Assembly (NCBI RefSeq): GCF_036321535.1 | Contig: NC_087437.1 | Location: forward strand, 29,700,001 to 29,764,000 | DNA from: Camelus dromedarius | Taxonomy: Eukaryota | DNA length: 64,000 nucleotides | Direction: 5' to 3' | Shown here: positions 50,003 through 60,959 of the stretch, piece after piece | Position numbering within the stretch: the first letter of the stretch is position 1 | How the letters are laid out: the number at the start of each line of letters is the position of its first letter | The notes under the pieces: generated by a model | The model's database searches: none | Seen by the model: the letters and a program-made list of their open reading frames with translations, nothing else | What the model was told of the DNA's origin: nothing | Made by a program: the position numbers and the translations under genes

Positions 50003-51792
50003 TTGCCAGTCTGAATATGTAATTTAGGGTATGTGATTTATGGTAAATATAATCTTTGTCTACTTAATTATATTTTCACTTAGGCAAAAATTCTGCAGCA
50101 CAAGTGTCATCAGACCTCAGTGAGAGATTGTTGAATATAATAGCACAGGAGAAAAATCAGCGCTATAGTAGTAGATAACTACAGAATAAAAGGAAATTTT
50201 AAAGAAATAGTTTAAGGGCTCCTTAAAAGCAGAGCCTAAAGACAATAAGTAGATCTTTGTGTTGTTGCTGTTTTAATGTGAGACAGATAGTAATCATTAC
50301 CTTTATGCTTGGTTCAGCCGTGAGAAGAGCTTCAAGCTGTATTTTGGAAATGCAACATTAAAATCATGCTGAGAGCTTTTCCTTTAAAAGCAGACAACAG
50401 CTTTTATAGATGTGAGGGATGTCATCTAGCTGCACTCCGGCCTGTGTGACTCCAAAAAGCTTTGTATGATTTTCAGATAGGAGGAATGATCTTACTGACA
50501 TTTTCTCCCAACCTAGAAATAGGCTTATTTTAATTAGGAAACTAGAGGGCATGAAGCCTCATTTTTTCCCTAAGTTATTGTACCATCTAATTGCTATTCA
50601 AATTTTTGAAATAAGACATCATTTTCTAAACATTGGTAGATTTTATTCTATTCAATTTTATGCATTATACCAAACAACATACATAATTAGTAAGAAATAT
50701 TAGAAAATTTTCAGTTCACAACATTGACTCTCCAAGAAATTGCAGTTCTTAATTAAAAAAAAAGAAATTGTTTTTAAATAAAGAATTTTAAGAATGGAAG
50801 GAATCTAGATGACACATTGAACATGAATGAACACTGACAGTTCAACTGGCACAGCCAGGAAGTTTGGTAATTAGGACGGTGTTCTACCTATGAAAAGAAC
50901 AAAGCAAGCTGGGGGTATAATCACAGTAATGATAACTAACACTTATTGAACACTTACACATATTAATTCACTTAAGAGTTTTTAGATTGTATTTTATAAA
51001 GTTAATTAAGGTTACATTTCACTGGTAAGAATTCTCCACAGTATTGGTAATATTAATTATCTAAGTGAAATAAAGCAGCTTACAGGTAATAGGTGTCAAT
51101 CTGTTGCTATCAGGAGGCTCTTTTTAAAAACTAGTTTGTCATCAGGTTCTAACATCTTTCATGTTAATCTATAGAAGGAGTTATTTTCATTAATGTGATT
51201 GCTTCACTTTCAAATACAGCCATAATTTTGAGCACTTAGTACTGAAATCTGTTCTTGTACTTTCAGTTAATTCATCAGATGTTTATGAAGCCCCTACATT
51301 ATGCTAAGTCTGGGAGACTCTTGGGCTATTGCATAAAAAATACTTGGATTAGGTGTCATAAAATGTTGTTTATATCCCTTTCCCTTATGTATGACCTAAA
51401 AGAGCATTTTAGATATTTAGCAAATAATTCCAAAGCATAACTTAACGTGTTCCCGTAGTAGTGAAGTAAGTGATGAAGATCAATTATTCAGTTGAGTTTG
51501 ATATATTAAGTAGGAATATGTAAAAATTTATGATTAAGTTACAAATGAACCAAAAGGAATTTGATCAAAGTGCTCTAGTTTGTTGAAATATGTTTAACTG
51601 AATATCAATAACATCATTAATATTATTTAGATATCATTGTTTCCAAATAAATGATCATCATTGAATTTTACCTTATTTCTGAGCTTAATCATCCTTAATG
51701 TATTTTATTTCTACCATAGTCAAAATGCTGTTCATAAATAAATTACCAATAGAAATAATATTTAAGAATGTAGGTAGGAAGATGGTCTGTAT

Positions 51793-53520
51793 CAGCTGTT
51801 TTCCGGCTAGGATATAGTAACCCTGAGGCTACGATAGATTTTCCATGGAGTTGTGGGACAAAGATAGTTTTACAGAAATAAATCCATTTAAAATGGTTCT
51901 CTTTCATGATTATCCTTCTGCTTTACAAAAAAGGACATCGCTTTAGGGATGTGAAAGCCTCTGGAGCACCACAGACACTAATTTGAAATGTTATGTAGGT
52001 GTTGAGAAAGTTAACACAGGATAAGAAATCATTTTTGGCAATCAGGAAGTATTCAATTCCTTGCCTTAAAAAATTTATAAAAGAACTAAACCAAATGTCA
52101 AATAATAGGTCACTAAAAAATGTTTTTGATAAGAGATTGTATTAGGGTCCTCCAGAGAAACAGAACCAATAGGAGATATACATATATATAATATAAAGTT
52201 TACGTGTGTGTGTGTTTGTGTGTGTATAAAATATATATACATATATAAAGTTTAGGCACATCCCAGAAAAATAGTCTTTCCACATTTTTTTTCAGAAACT
52301 GGGTACACTGTCACGCTAAGTTTAGGAAGCCAAAAATCATTATGGAGAAAGGAATGTCTCTTTCTTAAGGAAAGAATTCCAGAGTATCTGAATAGGTTTA
52401 TTCTTCTTGGCACCATGATTCCTAACTGTAGCAGTCTTGAGTCTGAAATCTGCAAGACAGGATGGCAGGCTGAAAATTCAGGCAGCATTTGTACGCTGCA
52501 GTCTTGAGGCAGAATTGCTTCTTCAAAAAACCTCAGTCTTTGCTCTTAAAGCCTTCAGCTGATTGGATGAGGTCCATCATATTAAGATCAACTGATTATA
52601 AAGGTCAGTCATCTTCACAGGTGCTTCCATAGCAACATCTAGACTTACGCTTGACACTTCTGATCAAATAACTGGGCATCATAGCCTAGACAAATTGATA
52701 CATAAAATTGCCCATCACAAAGATCATATATGATTTTTTCGTGTATGTCTCAAGAATTCAAAGAACTGAATGACACTGTTATAAAAAAAAAACTTCCGTT
52801 TCAATCTACTTATTTAAATAGACATAGTCTTTTCGCCTGCAAATATGAAAATTAGGGAGAACTGATATTCAACCCTGTCTCATTCTAACAATAAATTACA
52901 TTTATCCTACATAGGGTTATCTGGAAAAAATTTCCATCCATCTCCCTAAAAAATTGCATTTCCTTAATAATTGTGTGTCAAAATTTATAATACATATTTG
53001 TGTTGTTTAGTTCAGCTGTGTAGCAATAATTGTTATAAAAGCTCACATCAAAGAATCTTCAATAGTTAGACCCTTATGGACACAAATCTTTAGAAATTAT
53101 TTCCAAATGGGTACACATAATTTTATTACAGAGTAATCTGATAATTGATAAAAGATTTTAAGCATAAAAATATATTAAGTTATGATAAAATTCTATGGGA
53201 GGAATAGAATGGAAATACAAGTTCAAAGCAAACTAAGAGTGGAACTTCCTGTTTGAAGGTTTATTCATCATTTGTTTTTTAATGGATTATGGTTAGCAAC
53301 ACGTTGCTATGGTTTTTAGGTTATATTGAGTGCTTTTTGAAGAGTTTTATTTTAAAAGATCAATATTTACATTATGCTGGAAATGATACCCTTTGTTTAT
53401 AATTATGATGAGAAATTTTAAATGTACATTTAGATGGGCAAGAGGATATGTATTTTTCAAAATTGTTTTAGCAGATTTAAAATTTAGCAGATTTATTTAA
53501 GAAAAAATTTTTGAAGACTA
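51793..53520 (+). mobile_element. hAT-Charlie DNA transposon remnant with a decayed transposase C-terminus
   Basis: 52785-52915 (cttccgtttcaatctacttattta...caaccctgtctcattctaacaata) resembles the Charlie transposase motifs LPFPSTYL and PCLILAIS; split by an MLT2 LTR. Confidence 0.6.
52138..52719 (-). mobile_element. ERVL solo LTR (MLT2)
   Basis: tgtattagggtcctccagagaaacagaaccaatagga ... catagcctagacaaattgatacataaaattgcccatcaca; 5-bp TSD gagat/aagat. Confidence 0.9.
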
Positions 53521-53624
53521 GTCTCATATGAGTTGAGAACACAAAAGACATTTTTGTCTAAAAATAACTCTGTATTAAACCAAAGACATTCTTCAAGTTC
53601 TCAACTCTACAGAATATATTGCTG

Positions 53625-53760
53625 AAATAGGACTGAACCTTAGTGATCATCTAATTCCATTCCATTATTACAAATGAGGAAATTGGGCCCAAAAAGGGGA
53701 GTAAGGGTGTCTCTCCACCTACTCCAATATCTTTGACTACATCCTGACATAGAGATGTCT
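53625..53760 (-). mobile_element. MIR/MIR3 fragment
   Basis: gaaccttagtgatcatctaattcc...cattattacaaatgaggaaattgggcccaaaaagggg. Confidence 0.7.
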
Positions 53761-55019
53761 TGACAGGTGATTTGGCACATCATCTTGCTATCCAGACAAG
53801 AACGTAAGAGACAAATATACAGCCTCATAATGTTAAATGTATGAAAAATATGGACATCATAATGGTATATCATTAAGAAATTTTATTTTCTTAGCACTTT
53901 CAGGATCATCATTTTTTTCTAAGGATAAATTTAGACTTTGTCCCAGGACTTTCAGAGTTTAACAGACCTTAACATGAACCTATTTGACAGTCTGATTCTG
54001 ACACATGAACTCCTGAATAGTATAAAATAACTTCTAACAATTCTCCTCCTGAGATCCCAGATGCTTGAGAGCCATTGCATTAGTGTGAAACGGGAACCTA
54101 CGTTATCTTAGGTAAAGTGTTTAATATTAGAATTAATAACCTTTTATTAAGCAAGAAAAGTAGAGAAAATAGACAAAATAGTATCATATTCACTTGTGGC
54201 AATTTATATCAGAGTAATACTACTGTAGGTGGTATCTTCTTTTCCCTTTTTTTCCCCTTAAATTTTCTACAATGTGATTATATTACTTTTACAATGGAAG
54301 ACTGTTTTCAGGAATGTTCAGAGACTATACACTGCTCCAGTTTCACATTTTTGGAGGTTAGACAAAAGATCAATATTGGTGGAGGGGAGGAGAAATATTA
54401 GAGCTTTAAATAGAGGTTTACTGAGGGATATAAGATATGATAAGAAATAAGTGAGTATTAAATGCATTTATGTCTTCACATTTTTTGTTTAATATTATTA
54501 TTTCATGTAATCCATTGAAGAAGAAATGAAATCTAATGCTTTTGGGTTGTATCCCATGAGCTTTAGCCCCAGAGCAGTATCTGTCAAGGAGGCACAGTCC
54601 AAACTTGCAAATTCCATTCTGTAGTTGAACCTCTGTAAAGACGGTAAAGGGGGTCCATTCTAAACACTCCAACCCACAGCACAGTTATCAGGTCTTGCTT
54701 CCCTCTCTCCTCTCCAGGCCTCTCAGATTCCACACCCACTAGAGCCTTTCATTTGCCAAAACCAAGGAAAGGTAAAGCAAGACAAAACAAAAAAGAAAAA
54801 GAAAAAAATATTTTCTCTTCAAGCCCTGATCTAGAACTTTTCTTTCTCTGTTCTTACTCTGTCCCTACTCTTTTATGCAGGGATTCAAACCCTTTTATTG
54901 GGTCCTCCTGCCTGTCTCCTTCACACTGTACTGATGAATACAGGTGGAGTGGGAAAGCATTAGTGGGGTGGGAGTTACAGGATTCTTGAATAGCTTTACT
55001 TCACTTGAAATTATCCAAG

Positions 55020-55569
55020 TTTAACTTTAGAAAAGGAAAAAAAAATTTATTCACAAAACCTTCACAAATGCATTTTACTCATGTTTTTGCAACAAAAACC
55101 AGAATTTGCAGTGAACATACCTCTCCTAAAAAAAATAAGTGGCACTAATCAAAAAAAAAAAACCTCACAATCACTGAATCTCTATGAAATATGTACTTTG
55201 GGGGAAGTTTGTGTTGACGTGCACATGCGGTGTGTCCAGTTCGCTAACTACAGGTATATAGATGCAGTACGTGCAGAAGCCTATGGAAATGACAGTATGG
55301 CAGTACTTGGAGGGATCCAGCAGCGCCAGCCGTTCGATCTTCCACGTCTTTGCTTAGCAAATGTCTCTTTTGGCTTCTACAACTGGGATACCTCCTGCTC
55401 AGTGGTAAATCACTTTTATTTCATAAAATGGCTTCTTAGAGTAACTTTGGTCTCCCCATGACAACCTACTTGATCATAACCGTGTCTTGACGGCAACAGC
55501 ACCCACAGTGTAGTCCAGCACCCACTGCCTCCTGCCGCAGGTTCTCAGCCTCCTGGATCACACCATTGC
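55020..55569 (-). other. Candidate terminal exon (short coding tail plus 3' UTR) of an unidentified minus-strand gene
   Basis: Acceptor ttttctatttgctcttgtgcatctgtgccAG at 55570-55571; repeat-free; 11 CpGs in about 55210-55560; U-rich tail; AATAAA at 55415-55420 and 55046-55051. Reading frame is uncertain. Confidence 0.5.
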
Positions 55570-56405
55570 CTGGCACAGATGCACAAGAGCAAATAGAAAA
55601 CCATTCTTGCATTGACTTAAAAAAAATGAAAATAATGAATAAATTCTTAAATACTTAAAAAAAATTCTGTTATCTAGATATTTACCTCCCAGATAAATGA
55701 CCTATGTAGATACATTCCATAATTTACTTTTTTAAAGGAAAGAATAGTTGCTATAAAAGACGAGGTAGCTCGAGAGAGAGAGAGATACACAGGCAGGACA
55801 TAGGTAGATTGGCTCCTTGACCAAAATATAGTTCCTCACTCTGCCTGAACTGTGTGCTTCAATTAGCCAGACTACGTAAAACGCCACTACTGGAGATACT
55901 TTTGGGTTAACAGGTATTTTCCTTTAAAGTACAATCTAGAGTCTTACATTTAAATCAGATTTTTTGCCCAGGAAGAGAGGAGAAAATGCCTTCCAGCACT
56001 GAATATCACCTTCAGATCCTCTCTAGGGTCTGCCTTCTGTCCTATGTAGCTTTATTCAGTTACTCACCTATGCAACACTTACTAATAGTTCTATGTTTAT
56101 ACACTACAAGAAGAGTTAAGTGGATTTTTTGGACTGGTGTTCATTTATAGCTCCACTTTGTGTGTAAATGTGCACCAGGTACCCTCAAATACAAACTCAA
56201 CTTGTTCAGATAACTGCATATGAGAAAAAAAAAAACTTAAAATCTTTACAGAGAACATGTAGAAACAAAAAAAAGTATTATAAACAGCTAAATAGAATGC
56301 ATAAATTTGATTGTCCTGTTTATACAGTAGTGTGAATTAGTTAAATCTGATTGTTTCCTCTTAATTCTTAGCTGATACCACTGCCAGGAAAGGGAGTTCT
56401 TCTTT

Positions 56406-56742
56406 TTCTTTTTCTTTGTAACACCGGAAAGTTTAATTTATTAGACTGTAGGATGCCTTTGACAGCAAGTAACAGAAACCCTGATTCAAATTACCTTTAA
56501 CAACATGGTTGGTTCTTTTTTTAAATTTCTGTTATGTATTTATTTTACAATATCATTTTTAAATTGAAGTATATAATTGATGTACAATATTATATGTTTA
56601 CATGTATACAATATAGTAATTCACAATTTTTAGAGGTTATACTCCATTTACAGTTATTATAAAATATTGGCTCTATTCCCCATGTTGTACAATACATCCT
56701 CGTAGCTTATTTTATCCCTGATAGTTCGTACCTCTTAATCCT
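56406..56742 (-). mobile_element. L1 3' end with a 3'-transduced segment
   Basis: 20-bp TSD with one mismatch at 56386-56405 and 56743-56762; L1 3' UTR at 56556-56742; two A-rich tails; AATAAA at 56437-56442. Confidence 0.85.
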
Positions 56743-57749
56743 AGGAAAGGGAGTTTTTCTTTGGGATTTAGATTAAGCAAAAGAAGAACAGTATTTTGCA
56801 GTGTGGATTACTCTGAGGGGATCTGCTAAGCCAAGATACAGAGATATATAGAAACGATCTTGGGGCAGTATAAATGTTAAAGTTCTGCTGAAGACCCAGT
56901 GGAACTCAAAACAAGTTTTTGGACAAATAGGCTATATATATTTAACTCAGGTGTTAAATGTTAAGAAATGATGTGGTCTCCCTCTTTTTTAATTATTAGG
57001 GAGTATTCTACAGAAAAATGGAAAGGACATTTAAGGGGAGGGAGAATTGCTAGCTAGCTAGTTTAAGGAAGAGGTGCAACAGAGTGGCGTGCAAAAGGAC
57101 AGGTTTAGCATGTCCTACCTGATGCATTAACCCAGACAGGGCAGAAGGAGCAGACAGGGGTGAGAGGATTCTTATGGTGTTATATTTCTTAAAGTAATTC
57201 AGGGCTAGTATTAAGGCCTTAAAGGATCCTGTTCTCAAAGAGAATGAGTAACTGAGTCATAAAATGACTTAACAAAATACATTTCACACCCTAAACTGGC
57301 CTTCTATTTTAGAGAAGTTGTATTTCCCTCAGTTTGTCTCAACTTATAGAAAGAGGAACACACTGAATTAGATTATTAACAAGACACCCAATACAGTGCC
57401 CCTCCATTATATAAAACCATAAAAAATTCTTTCTGGGGAAAGTAACCCCATCCATCGACATTTCAGTTGTTGTATGTTGTGCCAGATTAGATTGCAAAAA
57501 TTACATAATCTCTCTGAGGGCTGCAGTCCTTTCATCCTCTTAGCTGGCATGAAAACAGCTAAGCTCTGTCAAACAGCACTGGAACCAATGTTTAAGTATG
57601 TTCTGTCACTGCATTTATACCACAAATCCTTGGCTTTTAAAAGATGAACTTGTTATTCTTCCTCCAAATAATGTTCTGTCATGATCCAAGACTGGGGGAA
57701 GTAGGTTCTGATTTCAGGAGTTTTTAATCCCCTGGAAGGAGAATTCTTT

Positions 57750-57900
57750 AACAGGCTCAGAATTGTAGAGTTCAATAGGTCTTAGAGGTTTTCTGGTCTA
57801 AGCCCCTCATTTTACCAGTGAAGACCAGAAAATTGTCTGTCCAAGATCACAAGCCTAATTAATGGAAGAGAGACCAGATCCTAGTCTTTTGAGTCTCAGG
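57750..57900 (-). mobile_element. MIR3/MIR fragment
   Basis: cagaattgtagagttcaataggtcttagagg...gcccctcattttaccagtgaagac...ccaagatcaca. Confidence 0.7.
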
Positions 57901-57949
57901 TTTACATACTTGTATACTAAAATGAAAATAATTAAACCCAGCTGGAGGT

Positions 57950-58185
57950 GTTATGGTTCTCAAACCTGGCTGTGTAGTAGAATCACCAGAGGAATTATTT
58001 TTAAAAGTAAAAGTCCCAGATTCCACCCTAGACAATTCAGATTCAGTCAGAATCTCTGGATAGGGAGACCTGGCATATATGTGTGTATGTGTATGTGTGT
58101 GTGCACGGTGTGTGTGTTGTGTGTAGTGTGAATGTGTATATATATATTTCCCAGGCAAATATGAGGTGAAACCAAGCTAATCATC
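57950..58185. mobile_element. MER5B-like MITE with an internal imperfect (TG)n
   Basis: tggttctcaaacctggctgtgtagtagaatcaccagagg...cagaatctctgg; TG-rich repeat at 58078-58146. Confidence 0.75.
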
Positions 58186-58192
58186 TTTGGCT

Positions 58193-58322
58193 CGAATGAC
58201 CATATATCCCTGTTTCCCCAGCATGTTCTTGATGTTCATCTATTGTCCCAGGCCTAATTAACAGAGGCCCTTTTCACTCTCAAAAGTGTCCCAGTATGTA
58301 TGATAAGCTACACTTATCTTTA
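58193..58322. mobile_element. MER94 hAT-Blackjack MITE
   Basis: tgaccatatatccctgtttcccc...cccttttcactctcaaaagtgtcccagt. Confidence 0.75.
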
Positions 58323-58794
58323 ATCCATCTGATTTGTAAGCACTGAACTAACATCTTTAATGGCAAAGGTAGAATACCCCCTGAAAGTGTTATAAAGCCA
58401 AAGCTAGGAATCATGGTCTCCCGAAAGAGCAAACCTGTTCGGCTGCTCTGGAATTCTCCTCTTAGGAAAGAGACACTTTTAGCTCCATGATTTTTGGCTT
58501 GCTAAGCTTAAGGTGACAGTGTAGCTAAGTTATGAAAGAATTTGGGAAGGCTATTTTTCTGGGATCTACCTAATCTTAATATCATAAGAGCTCCCTATTT
58601 CCTTCATCAAGAAATATCAATTAATTAATGTTGATCATATGAGGAGTAAGGAATCCTGACACAAAACCAAGGTATAAAGGAAGATGTTAAGGCCTATGAC
58701 ATATCCAAAAAACTCATTCATACAGTTCAAGGGATTACTAAGTTCTTGCATTTTTAAAACAATGTCCATTTCTGTTTGTTGTTGTTGTTGCTTA

Positions 58795-59345
58795 ATTTAG
58801 TCTAGGCATTATCATTTGTAACTAACAGAAACCAAATTCAACTAGCTTAAGATTTTTAAAAAAGGAAGGAAATTTTTGACTGTGTAACTGGGAAGGGAAA
58901 GAGTGGCCCCAGCATCCAGCATAAACATATCCAGGACCAGGTCATCAGGATCCTTTCTTTCAGGTATCAGTTCTTCTTCCACCTGAGTGTGGGCCTCATT
59001 TTCTCCAATTGTTGGCAGACTCCATCCACATGACAAGGAGGGTAGTTGCCAGTGGTATAAGATTTATATCCTTCCAGCAAAGGGACCACAAAGGCAAGAA
59101 ACAATTTTCTATCCTTGTCCCAACAGAAATATCTGAGGAATCTAATCAGTCAGCTGATGTTATTAAGTCAGCTCTGAACCAATTTATATGGCCAGGGGAA
59201 TGGGTGCGCCTGTTGGACAAGACTGAGTCTCATTCCTATCCACCAATATTGGGGGAAAGGGCCCATTGTATGAAGTTGGGAGGAGCACATAGGAAAACTT
59301 ACTGTATGGTGAAAAACAATAATTAGCATGTATCCATGCCACTAT
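58795..59345 (-). mobile_element. Old MaLR LTR (MLT1J/K-like)
   Basis: tttgtaactaacagaaaccaaattcaactagcttaag...actgtgtaactgggaag...ctctgaaccaatttatatggccaggggaatgg. Confidence 0.75.
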
Positions 59346-60594
59346 CCTCATCAACCCTCAAAAAGCCAATGCTTCAATAGATTAGTAAAGAAACTCTCAC
59401 AACAGCTTTGGAGGAAGACTTGCTTATTTTAAAATTGAAAGTAAGAGGGAGTATGCTGGGTGGAAAGTGTAAGTTTATTCTCCTAAATGCATTATTCTAA
59501 ATTCAAGATGTTTTGAGGATGGTGTTTCTTTACATAAGCACCTGCACTTCTGCTGGGAAGTTACTATTAGAAATGTAGTTACAAACTAAAGAAAGTGACT
59601 GAAATCTCTCTTTTATTCTAATAGGACCTTGAGTACTGATGGAGGAGCTTAAAATTACATAGGAATTCTAGAAAAGAATAAAACCCAGTCCCAGGATGTT
59701 CTAACCCTTTCCAGACCCCTAGAAACAAAAACTTTGCAATCAACACTTTAATGCTTTATATTCAAGTACCCGAATTTGTGGATCAGTGAAATGGAGCCTG
59801 AAGAAAACAGGTCAATGGAAAAGAGGCATGAGGTTATGTAGTTAATTCTCTTTCTGATCAATTTTAGAATGTTTTCTTAGTCCTTTGTCTCCAGGTTGGG
59901 ATTACATTCAAATATGAAATGAATAAATATTGATTGAACACAGATGGTGAGCATTTTAATATTGCAAGTCCAAGAGAATGAAGTACAATCCCATGAGCTC
60001 CTCTGCAGTGTAATCTCTATTTATTATCAGATATTTTAATGTATTCAATTCCACCCAAGGAGTGCACTTCCAGCACTTTGTAAATATGAAATAGTAGGTG
60101 TGAGTCCATAATTAATTTACAGAGAAGAAAATTGGAACATGAAGAAGTTGGGCTTTTTCTAGGAATTCCAGCAAATTGTTATGGAGGTTAGAAACTGGAC
60201 ACGGAAAGAGGATATGCACTAGTTAGTATAATCACAATGGTCAGAGAAAGAAATGTTTTTCCAAACTCACTCACTACTACTGACTCATCCCCATACTTCA
60301 GGGAGCAAATTGTGATTCTTCATACCAAATTATCTCCAAGTTTGAGATGTTAGTGTAAAATGCACATAATTAGGTATCACTCCATCCTAGCTGACTTAGA
60401 ATCTCTGCTGAAAGGAACTGCCCAGGAACATTTACTTTATTGAGCACCCTTACTTAATTCTTAAACAAGCTAATCTTCAATAACTATTGCTTTACTGTTC
60501 ATTAATTACTAGTGTAATATTCACTAGCTCCAATAGATCATTGTTTTTCACTTTACATTTGAATCTTAATAAAGAATAACACATGATCAGCCTT

Positions 60595-60653
60595 GTCTTA
60601 AGTTCCTTAAGGAACTTAGAAAAGCTTTCCTTAAGTAGAGTTTAACTTAAGAC
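60595..60653. repeat. Nested palindrome and inverted-repeat cluster
   Basis: Perfect 20-bp palindrome taagttccttaaggaactta at 60599-60618; 10-bp inverted pair at 60595-60604 and 60644-60653. Confidence 0.9.
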
Positions 60654-60959
60654 TAGCCTATCTTAGGAACACAGACACAACTTCCCCTATTACTCCTTCT
60701 ACAAACATTCACTGAATAGTTTTCGTATAACAGCCCCTACTTTCTGTATTGTGGGTAAAACAATGAACAAAAATAGGGGAAAATGCTACTTCCATAGACT
60801 ACATTATAGATGAAAGAGAGGCATGTAATAAGATTACTAAAAACTGAAAATATAGAGTAGGTTAGATAGTAATACTAAGGAAAGAGCTAAAACAGACTAC
60901 AGCAATAGGTAATATATCAGGTGAGAGGGAAACAGTATTTGAAATTTGGGCAACAGCTG

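Noticed and set aside
53467..53496. Short tandem duplications (tttagcagattta twice; similar cases near 961, 21762, 31558 and 61262)
   Set aside because: Ordinary two-copy slippage duplications, not an array.
55081..55461. 126-aa plus-strand ORF
   Set aside because: It crosses A-runs and lies antisense to the candidate 3' UTR; the splice and polyA signals favour the minus strand.
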